From NCBI RefSeq assembly GCF_009914755.1, contig NC_060934.1: 64,000 nt of DNA; one strand, written 5' to 3'. The notes under the pieces are model-generated. The model had not been told where the DNA came from, made no database searches, and saw only the letters and a program-made list of their open reading frames with translations. Shown one piece after another: positions 52,741 to 64,000 of the stretch (positions are counted from its first letter, which is position 1; every line of letters begins with the position of its first letter). A program made the translations under genes and the position numbers. This DNA comes from the human T2T-CHM13v2.0 reference genome, Homo sapiens.

Positions 52741-54718
52741 AAATATATTATACTTTACTAAAATATCATTTTATAGATTCTATGGGGAAAAGATTGTCTC
52801 ATCTGTGAACTTAAATCTATTAGACTATTCTAGAGCAATGACGGGTAATTAAATTGCACTTAAGGGGAGACCATCAAATCAATTTCTGTCAAAAATTTTA
52901 AAATAATATTCAAACACATGAGAATATACAAAGACAGAAACATGATATTTTCTCAATAATATATTTGAATACACAATAGTATAGTATTGAAAAATACATA
53001 AAGATCTGAGTTCTATTTTAGATTTTTAGTATAACTAATGAGAATTTGGGGTTCTGGATTTATTAGCATTAAAATAAGGGAATTACAATTTTTCTTATTT
53101 AAAAAATATGTAAAGCGAAAAGTTAAAAAATGGAAAAATTTGAACATTAATAGCTTTATGGAATCACAAGAATTCTCTTCTAGCCTAAATACATATTAAA
53201 TATATATTGCTAAAAGAATATATGGCAAATATAAAGCATTTTTTATAAATTCAAAATATACTAAATGAAATGCATTCTAAATATCTCAAATAGTGAATTG
53301 GCTAAGTAAATAACACTATTCTATTGAAATAAATATAATGAAAGTCTAAATTAATGTTTAGAAATGATAAAATAACATGTAAATATTTAAGAAGTTTCGA
53401 AGAAAGCAAATTACATTTATAATTTTAACAACATATTATGGTCATAGAATTATATAAAAAACAGTATAAACTACATCTAGAAACCCTCTAAGAAAATAGT
53501 CCAAAGGTATATAGTAGTTTTTTCTGATAAGATCATTTATTTTTTCTTCTACTTTGGAATTTTTCCAGTCATCTATAATGATGATGCATTATCTTTACAA
53601 TATAAAAATGGACAATTAATATATATCTTCTCATTTCCTTCACTTTATTCTTTCATCTGTTTAGAATTTAATTTTTTTAATCACAGCTACATTATGTAAG
53701 AGTCCAGCCTGGTAAATGTTTATTAAATACCTCTGTGTTAGTGCAAAAAGAAATGCAAAGGTGCCTAATACAATTATTCACCATCAGAGAATACTTGACT
53801 TAATAGTCCAAATTTGTTAAAAATTAAGTGGAGGGTTTGAAGAAAATGTCAGAAAAGTTACTTTAATTATTGCTGAAATTTAATTCCAAATATAAATGGT
53901 TTTCCTTTCATAGAAGTCTCAAATTGTAATTTAATTAATTTTAAAATAATTTTAAGAAAAAATCTTTTGAATCTAGTTTTCTGTGAGATTATGTAAACTT
54001 CTACATATATTATCAGTGATAGTTAACATTAGGTGGCACTGTTTTCCTTTTGGAAAACAAAAAACAAAACAAAAATCAAAAAAATTACATTTGTGTTCTG
54101 CTAGTCCATAATAGAATCTAAAGTATGTTCAAGGAGGGAGTTTAATTAAAATGTAGCAGATGTTTTAGAAATGTATTGCCCACCAAAAATTTTATATACT
54201 AGGTGCTCTATTAGCAATAATGCAATATGTTATATGTTATAAAAAGAGGAATATATGTTACAAAAATGGGAACATGTTTTATAGATTATGGATTAAGCTT
54301 TCAATGAGTATACTTTAAATTATGTTAAAATATGCTTTCTCTGGTTTCATATACAGTTTGCAAAACTTTACCTTGCCATCTGGAGTCTTGTTGTAGTAGG
54401 GGGTAGGGGTGGAATTTACTTTTCAATAAAGATATGAAATTTAATTACATTACAATGGCATTATATTCACAGCTACTTCAGTCATTATTGTGTTTGCCTC
54501 AGCGTCTAAAATCAAAATTTTTTGTCCTCTTGCTAATCCTTGCTCTTTGAAAGCCTTCATTGTGCCTTTTCAAACTTAATTTACAGATTACACATGCAAC
54601 CTAAATAATAAACATTTTGATATACACAAATCTTTTTAAACATCTTAGATGTATGTCAGCAGCAAGAGACGAGAAAATACACACACAATATCATCATTAA
54701 CCAGTTAACCACACATTT

Positions 54719-55350
<632 letters not shown>

Positions 55351-55404
55351 TTAACCACACATTTAAAGACAAAACTTCTTTACATTATACCTTACTTCTT
55401 ACAT

Positions 55405-56535
55405 GTAAGTTTTTGATACATTCTGAGTTAGTTTTTGTACATGGCTTGAGATAGAGGTCCAAATTTCTTCTTTTAATATGATTATCCAATTGACTTAGAA
55501 AATAGTTGAAAACACCATTATTTTCCTATTTAACTATCTTCGAACCCTTCTTGAAAAGTAATTGACCAAAAACATGACTTTAATTTTGGACACTCAATCT
55601 TATTTTATTTATCTATGTGTTTATTCTTATACCAATACCATAACGTCTTGATTACTGTAAGTTTGTAGTAAGTTTTGAAATCAGGGAATGTTTTTGTTCT
55701 TTTCGAAGATTGTTTTGGCTATTCTGGGTCCCTTAAATTTTAGCATGAATTTTAGTATTCCCTTGTAATTTCTGCAAGGAAATCAGTTCCAGTGTTGAGG
55801 AAGAGTACATTAAATCTGTATATCAATTTACAGAATATTATCATCATAATGTTAATTTTTTTGATCCACAAATATGGGGTACCTTTCCATTTATTGAGGT
55901 TTTCTTTAATTTTTTCCACAGTGCTGTATTGTTTTTAGGGTATACGTTTTGCATGCCTTTTGTTAAATTATTCCTATTTAATTTTTGATGTTATTGTAAA
56001 TAAAATTGTTTTCTTAATTTAATTTTCAGTTTGAAAAAAGCTACAGTATGAAAACTCAATTGATTTTCATATATTAAGCCTGCATCCTGAAACCTTGCAG
56101 AGATCATTTATTAGCTCTAATAATTTTTTGTAGATTCTGTATGATTACCTATATACAAAATTATATCATCTGCAAATATAATTTTCTTTCTTCTTTTCAA
56201 ATTGAGATGCATTTTCTTTTATTTTCTTGATTATTCACCCTGATTAGAACCTCCAGAACAATATTGAATAGAAGTGGTAAGAGAAGACATCCTTGTCTTA
56301 TGCTTGATTTTAAGGGGAATATGTTCTCCACTAAATATGATGTTAGATATGGGGTTTTTGAAGATGTTCCTTATCATATTGAGAAGATTTCCTTCTATTC
56401 TCAGCTTGTGGAGTATTTTTTTTTAGTCATGAAGGGGTGTTATAATTTCTCAAGTGCTTTTTTTCTGTGTTTGTTGAGGTGATAATGTGACTTTTGTCAT
56501 TTACTGATATGGCATATTGCATTAATTGATATTAA
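55405..56535 (-). mobile_element. Old L1M ORF2 fragment
   Basis: attgaatagaagtggtaagagaagacatccttgtctt and similar sequence. Confidence 0.85.
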
Positions 56536-56926
56536 ATGCCATTTTAAATAAAAAGTTTGGAGGGCAGTAAAATATTTATTTTATCCAGATCTGTATCAAA
56601 AGTTGAAAAAAAATTTCATGAGTGGGTACCTATCTCAAGAAAATCAGAAGAAATTGTGAAAATGAGACACATCTGTTTAATTCTAAAGTCAATGATGCTA
56701 ATCCTTTGATGAAGAGCTAGTGGAGAGTTCACAATGAAGACTTCATTTCAGACTACATTGATTTCCTTTAGCACATGATTGGAATTCATAGGCAGGATTA
56801 AACAGTATGAATGATTTATCTGCATTTTAGCAAGACACTTACCATAGTACTACACTATACTTTTAAAGGAGAAATGATATGTGAGGGGCCTGGACCTTCC
56901 TATGGATTATTAGTAATATGACTATA

Positions 56927-57261
56927 GATGATCAAGTTAAGACAAAATCATTAGGATGGGTCCTAATTCAATATGACTGATGTCTTTATAAGAAGGGGAA
57001 ATTTGGACACAGAGATAGATGTGCATAGAAGAAGATGTGAAGACACAGAAAGAATGCCATCTGTAAACCAAGAAACATCTGAGGCTACCAGAAGAGACAG
57101 TAATGGAACAGATTCTCCTTCATGATCCTCAGAAAAAACAAATCTTGTTGACTCCTTGATTTTGGACCTCTAGCCTCTAAAACTGTGACAATAAAAATTT
57201 CTATTGTTTAAGCCACCTAGTTTTCTGTACTTTTCTACAGAAGCACTAGAAAAGTAAGATA
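56927..57261 (+). mobile_element. MLT1B-like LTR
   Basis: aatatgactgatgtctttataagaaggggaaatttggacacagag...ttgtttaagccacctagt. Confidence 0.85.
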
Positions 57262-57265
57262 GTCC

Positions 57266-57708
57266 TGTCTTAGTCTGTTTCGTGCTACTATAAAGGAATA
57301 CCTGAGACTCGGTAATGAATAAACAAAAAAGGCTTATTTGAAGCTTGCAGTTCTGCAGGCTGTTTGAGAAGCATGTTACTGGCATCTGTTTGGCTTCTGG
57401 TAAGGGCCATAGACTGATTCCACTAATGGCAAAAAGCAAAGGGAAGCTAGTGTGTGCAAAGATCACATGGCAAGAGAGGAAGCAAAGGGGTAGGGGAAGG
57501 TACCAGGCTCATTTTAACATCCAATTTTTTCAGGAATGAATAAAGGGAGAGCTCACTCAGCTTTCCTTACCCCTGCCAGAGGTGGCATCATTCTATTCAT
57601 GAGTTATTCAGCCCCATGACCTAGCTCCTTCCATTAGGTCCTGCCTCCAATATTGGGAATCGAATTTCAACATAAGGTTTGCAGGAATCAAACATTCAAA
57701 CTACATCA
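57266..57708 (-). mobile_element. MSTB-like LTR
   Basis: tgtcttagtctgttt...aaacattcaaactacatca. Confidence 0.85.
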
Positions 57709-57719
57709 AGTAGGGATTT

Positions 57720-58173
57720 TCTGGTTGACCCTGAGAAGACTGGAACCATGTATTCAATTAACTGTTCCATGGATTAGATGGTGTCAGATGTCAGATGTCA
57801 GTGCGAACCCTTTGCTCTTACCACATCAGTGCACATTGCCTGATATTGAACTCATCGCACTTTCTCTGGACATCAGAGCCTATTTTGCCAAAATATCGGG
57901 GTAGGGGAAAATGAACTTTGTGAGCACCCTTTTACTGAGTGACAGGAGGCTATAAATAAATATTCTAGCTTATTTCACATTCAAGAGAGATAACTGAATT
58001 GTATGTTCTAATAAAGCTTCCAGAGCACTCCAGCAGGATCAAGCTCCAGTTACCTACAGTGGTAACCAGCCCAATAATGCACATTATTATCTGTCTTTCC
58101 CTCTTTACCTTTTCCTTACTGGTATGCTATCAAATCTCTGTTTAGGCTTTGCTTCTGTGGGAACCAAAGCTAA
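57720..58173 (+). mobile_element. LTR16-like ERVL LTR
   Basis: caagctccagttacctacagtggtaacc...ggctttgcttctgtgggaacc. Confidence 0.55.
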
Positions 58174-59714
58174 ATTAATCTATGTTTTCTACATATATTG
58201 ACTGTACTCTGTCAGAAACTTACATGTCCTGAGAATTCCATGGTAAATAAAACAGACCTCATGAGGCTGGCAGGAATAACATTAAAATGAGTATAAAAAA
58301 ATAGTAATGTAATTATACTTGTGTTATGTGTTCTCTCTCTCTGTCTCTCTCTCTTTGCTGTGTGTGTGTGTGTATTTTTCCATGTCAATACTTTGTTTAG
58401 ATGCATATGACCATAGATGCAGTGTGCCTCATCCAGATATTTGGCCCAACTCCTCTGGCTTTCATCCTAACACTTTAGCAATCTCAGAAGAGAAAGCTAC
58501 TCATCTTCAATATCTGTGATAAAGCTTTACCAACTACATGGGCAGACAGTTGGAAGACACTGATTAACTTGGTTTAAATCACATGTGATGAAAGAGTAAT
58601 AGAGGCAAGATCAGCCATCACTTATTTCACTTTTTTAGATAATGAAGAAGTTAACTGTGGCAGAGCTAGATCTAAGGCATGAACTCCTTTGTATATTCTT
58701 CCCACCAGATAACACTGCATTCCACTTGTGTTAATTATCCTGTCATGGTTCTAGGTCCTACTCTACTCTGTAAAAGCCTAAGGTTATCACAATAATCAAC
58801 ATAAATTAACATGCTCCTGCTATTGTTAGCTGTCCCAATGTGTGTTGTCATACATATATTATGTAAACTGAGAAAATAACTCTTGTCACTACTGTATATA
58901 TGATAGGTGAAATAATCAAAATGTGAAGCTTAAGAAAAAAATGTTTATTTTAGATAAAAATACCTTGTTTTAACATTGATAGAAATGTTATGTTCTCATT
59001 TGTTATTTCATTGGACTTGTATTTTGAATCATATATTATTGATTCTTTGGGTCAAACATGACTATACTAATCATGTACTTTTCTCTCAAGATCCAATTGC
59101 TTATATTGTGAATCAATTACTCTAGAGAGCTCATTGATTCTACATAAACAGTTCATAACTAATGAATTTCTGATTGATTTTGAATTTTCTTTTAGTATTT
59201 TTATATAGGAAATTATCACTTAATAAACTACCACAAGACAAACAGAAAGAACACTTTGGTTCCAATACTTTCCAGGTGAGAGGACAGTAAAATCACCTTA
59301 ATCTTATTTATTTATTACTTTTACTGAAGTATTCTTTAGACTTAACTTCCAACTCTCTTTAGAATATTTAGTTGTCCCACAAGTACCCAGAATATCAGGT
59401 ATTGACTTCACATTTTCCTAAGATGTCATTAGTGTGCAATTATTGTTTTTGATTTTTGTTTTGGATTTTTTTTGCCTATAATTTATACAATTGTAAATAT
59501 ATTTTTATTTTATGAAGTCTGAAATCTAGAATCAATTTTAATTTTGTCCACCCTGTCACTCTATGTTGCTTAGATCAATGAACCCCATAACTCTGTCAGA
59601 TGACATACCTTATAATTCTATTTTTCTCTTGCATCTTTCCTGGTACAGTATATATAGTCTATTTATTACAAATTTGATACATTATATAAATATACATTAC
59701 ATATATTTGATATA

Positions 59715-61631
59715 CAACAGTCTTCAAAGAGTTCATGAAAAATGCATAATATACAAAACCTATTCATGGATTTCTATTTTTTTGCACCAAAATAAACTTG
59801 TAGTAATTTGTTATAACACATTCAAACAAGATCTAGTTTGAGGCACTAGGAAGGATAAGACATCATTTCAAAATAAACTCCTATCAGAGCAACATAAATT
59901 CTGCTAAAATTTAAACAAGAAAAACATCAAATTTATGGTGAAGCTGGTGTGCAAAAATGGTGGAATCACTGATGCTTTATGGAAAGTTTATGGGGACAAT
60001 GCTCCAAATAAATCAGCATCTTACAAATGATGATTTTTAAATACTCATCTTAAGAAAAGATAAGACAACATCGAAGATGAAGCCTGCAGTGGTAAACTAT
60101 GTACATCAATTTCTGAGAAAAAGTTAATTTTGTTCATGTCCTAATTGAAGAGGATCTAAAATTAACAGTACAAACAATAACCAACACTATAGACATCTTT
60201 ATTTGTTCATTGTACACAATTCTTACTAAAAATTGAAGGTGAATTAATTTTCCACTTGATGGGTGCCAAAACTACTGCACCAAGATCAGCTGCAGACATG
60301 AGCAGAGCTATCAATGAAAATTTTAAACAATTGACATTAATATTCTGATGCATTTTTTCAAAGAATTATAAAGTAGATGGAACATGAGTTTTCCAGTATA
60401 ATCCTGATGACAAAACACAATCAAAGCAATGGCTATCAAGAGGTAGAAGTGATCTGGTCAAAGAAAAAGCAAACTGGTCAAGAGTAAAGTCATGGCAACA
60501 GGTTTTTGATATACACAAGGCATTTTGCTTGCTGACTTTCTGGAGGAACAAATAATGATAACATCTGCTTATTATGAAAGTGTTTTGAGAAAGTTAGCCA
60601 AAGTTTCAGCATGAAAACACACAAGAAAGCTTCATCAGAGACTCCTTTTTCACCATGATGTGCCCACAGTTGGTTCCTTCCGCTGAGTTCGTGGTCTTGC
60701 TGACTTCAATAATGAAGCCGCAGACCTTCACGGTGAGTGTTACAGCTCTTAAAGATGGCGTGGACCCAAAGAATGAGCAGTAGCAAGGTTTATTTTGAAG
60801 AGCAAAAGACCAAAGCTTCCACAGCGTGGAAGGGGACTGGAGAGGGTTGCTTCTGCTGGCTCGGGTGGCCAGCTTTTATTCCCTTGTTTGTTACCTCCCA
60901 TGTTCCGTTTCTGTCCTATCAGAAATGCCCTTTTTTCAATCCTCCCTGTGATTGGCTACTTTTAGGATCCTGCTGATTGGCACGTTTTACAGAGCGCTGA
61001 TTGGTGCATTTTACAGAGCCCTGATTGGTGCATTTTACAGAGCACTGATTGGTGCATTCTACAATCCTCTTGCTAGCTATAGAGTGCTGATAGGTGTGTT
61101 TTTGCAAAGCACTGATTGGTGCAATTTACAATCCTCTTGCGAGCTACAGAGCGCTGATTGGTGCAATTTACAATCCTAGCTACAGAGTGCTGATTGGTGC
61201 ATTTTTACAATCCTCTTGTAAGACAGAAAAGTTCTCCAAGTCCCCACTCAACCCAGGAAGTCCAGCAGGCTTCACCTCTCAATGACAATGCTTCTGCTCA
61301 TTCCTCTCATTAAACAAAGGCAATTTTGCAATAATTTAGATGGAAATTATTAAGCATCCACCATCTAGTTCTTATTTGGCAACTTCTGATCTGTATTTTT
61401 TTATAATCTTTAAAAAAATCACCCATTTTTCTTTAGTTAATAACATAAAGAATACTGCATTGATATGGTTAAGTTCCTAGAACCTCAGTTTTTTAGCAAT
61501 GGACTCAAAACTGGTATCATTGCTTCCACAAGTGTCTTGATTTGATGGAGTGTATGTTGAGAAATAAAACATATATTTTTTCTTTTTATCCTTTAATTTC
61601 ATGTTTTAATAAACTTTTTGAAGGCCCTTCA
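59715..61631 (+). mobile_element. HSMAR2 mariner transposon (degenerate transposase), interrupted by an LTR
   Basis: TA-flanked TIRs gtcttcaaagagttcatg / aactttttgaaggccc; transposase start region aattctgctaaaattt..aacatcaaatttatggtgaagc. Confidence 0.92.
60659..61281 (-). mobile_element. ERV1 solo LTR (MER51/LTR12-related) with tandem CCAAT units
   Basis: TG..CA ends, 4-bp TSD atga, eight ATTGG (CCAAT) boxes. Confidence 0.88.
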
Positions 61632-61734
61632 TACTGATGACAAAAATATATATAATTATACACCAAATTTCTACATAATTACCTTCTAAATTCAATTACT
61701 GATACTCATAAAAATGCTAAAGCAAATTTTTAAA

Positions 61735-63100
61735 TTTTATTTTGAAATTATTTTAGATTTATAAAAAGTGACAAAAATAATGCGGTTTAAATATGCCCTT
61801 TACTCACCTTTCTCTAATGTTAATATATTGCATAAACATAGTGTGATTACTAAAACTAACAAATTAACATGAGTACAATTCTATTAACCAGCCTATAGAC
61901 TTCATTTGGATTTTTACCAGTTTTTCCATTAGTATCCTTTTTCTGTTATAGAATTTAATCCAAGATTTTACATTGCATTTAGTTGTCATGTATCCTTAGT
62001 CTCTTCCAATCTGTGGCAATTCCTCAGTATCTATCTTTTATGACTTTGACACGTTTGATGTGTAATTGTTGGTTATTTTGTAGAATGTTCCCTTATTTGA
62101 GTTTGCTGGATGTTTTCTCATGTAGATAGAGGTTTTTTACTTTTGACAAGCATATTACACAAGTGTTGTTCCCTCCTCAGTGTAATGTATTTAAGTTTAT
62201 GTTGTTAATATGTCTTATTACTGGTGATGCTAACCACAATCACTGGTTAAGGTGGTCTCAGTCAGTTTTCTTCACTAAAAAGTCATTATTTTCTCCTTTG
62301 TAATTAATTAATACATATCTTGGGGGAGATAGTTTGTGCTGTGCAAGTATCCTATTTTTCCTCAATATTTTAATCACTAAAGTTTGCATTTAAGTAGCAG
62401 TGGATCTTGACTGCAGCAGTTATTACGAAGATATTTTAGAGTAGTTTTCAAAAAATCTTTTTTTTCCATTCTACATTTAATAATTTAAATTCTTTGTTTA
62501 GGATAAACTGTCCCTTCTCCCTCATTTGTTTATTTTATTATTTATTTATTTAGTAGTAAGAACTCATGATTATTTATTTTATTCTGCAGGTTATAAATCA
62601 TCATTATTCAATTTGGTTATTGTTCCTTTTGTCAAATTATTTCAGCTTTGGTAATTGGAAATTCTTTTCAAAAAATTTTATTTTAGATACAGGGGGTACA
62701 TATGTTACATGGATATTACATGTAGGGATTGGGCTTCAAGAGTACCTATTGCCCGAATATTGAACATTGTATCAAATAGGTAATTTTTCTACCCTCATGC
62801 TTCTTTCACCTTCCACCCTTTTGGAGTCCCTAGAGTCACGTGTCTCCATCTTTATGTCCATGTTGGAAATTCTTTAGTTTGGTTCCTGTGCTCTTTCGAG
62901 ATACCCATTCTTTATTGTGCACTTCCTTTTTTCTGGCATCACAACATTCTCCAGGATCATTATGAATTTTTTCTGTCTGAACTCTGGAATTAACTACTCT
63001 TTCAAGGAATGCTTGTTCATTTTATTTGAAAATGTGACTTAGAAACCACTAGTGGAATTTCACTATATCTAGACCCTCTCAGAAGACAAACTTTTGCAGT
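61735..63100 (-). mobile_element. Old L1MC/ME 3' end, containing an L1PA16-like 3' fragment at 62668-62862
   Basis: The inner fragment has a 13-bp TSD ttggaaattcttt at 62655 and 62863. Confidence 0.8.
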
Positions 63101-63214
63101 CTTCTTTGTTCTTTGTGTTATATCAGCTACTCAAAATACTGTTTTTCAAAGTAACTTGGATTATATTTTTACTTCCCTACTTCCTCGAGTGTATTTACAA
63201 GAGTAAAATTGTAA

Positions 63215-63523
<309 letters not shown>

Positions 63524-64000
63524 AAAATAATTATTTGTTAAAGTTTCTATTCAATTTTGGAATACAGTTTGGGTTCCTTCAATATCCAAAATGGTGTTTT
63601 TTAATTTACACACACTAAAATTCTATCTTTATGGCCTACAAATCCCTACGTTTTGACATATATACATACAGCCATAAATCCACCAAACATTTATAAGGCA
63701 GGATAGTTCTATCACTACAACAATTGTGCCTCCAGTTTGCTGTCAACACTTCCCCCCATGCAAGGTCTCTGAATAGCACTTTTCCAGAATGTCTTATAAA
63801 TGCAATCATACAAAATGTTACCTTTTGTGTTCGGTTTCTTTCATTTAGCAAGATGCGTTTACTTTTTTGTTTGTTTTTAGTTATTTAATAACTATGTAAC
63901 AGCATCTTGATTTTAATTTACATTTTTCTAATTATTTGTTGTGCTGATCTGATGTTTCTTTGTTATCCTTATACTTTCTTTGGTAATCTGCTTGTTTAGA

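Noticed and set aside
55405-56535. Old L1M taken as an intra-exon insertion dating gene loss to early eutherians
   Set aside because: A GTAAGT donor at 55405 and an acceptor at 56588 mean it could be intronic; this cannot be decided from the sequence alone.
60950-61210. Regularly spaced gctgattggtgcatt repeats resembling a CRISPR array
   Set aside because: No unique spacers; these are the tandem CCAAT units of an ERV1 LTR in mammalian DNA.

Overview
AT-rich, repeat-dense primate (hominid-type) genomic DNA with no intact host gene. Most of the window is transposable elements: a near full-length L1PA2/PA3 (207-6215), a full-length antisense L1PB, several truncated L1s, Alus, MaLR/ERV LTRs, Tigger2a, MER2 and an HSMAR2 mariner. 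Between the repeats on the + strand I find about 30 decayed exon remnants (about 6.9-59.7 kb), mostly AG..GT bounded. Many have phase-compatible junctions and 70-100 bp introns. Their translations match, in collinear order and at low identity, the N-terminal arm/stalk of the giant AAA+/E3 ligase RNF213 (mysterin). That comparison uses the RNF213 sequence as I recall it, not a database search. My main call is therefore an ancient, unprocessed pseudogene of an RNF213 paralog. It is disabled by stops, frameshifts and two transposon insertions inside exons, and its AAA+ core is predicted to lie downstream of the window.
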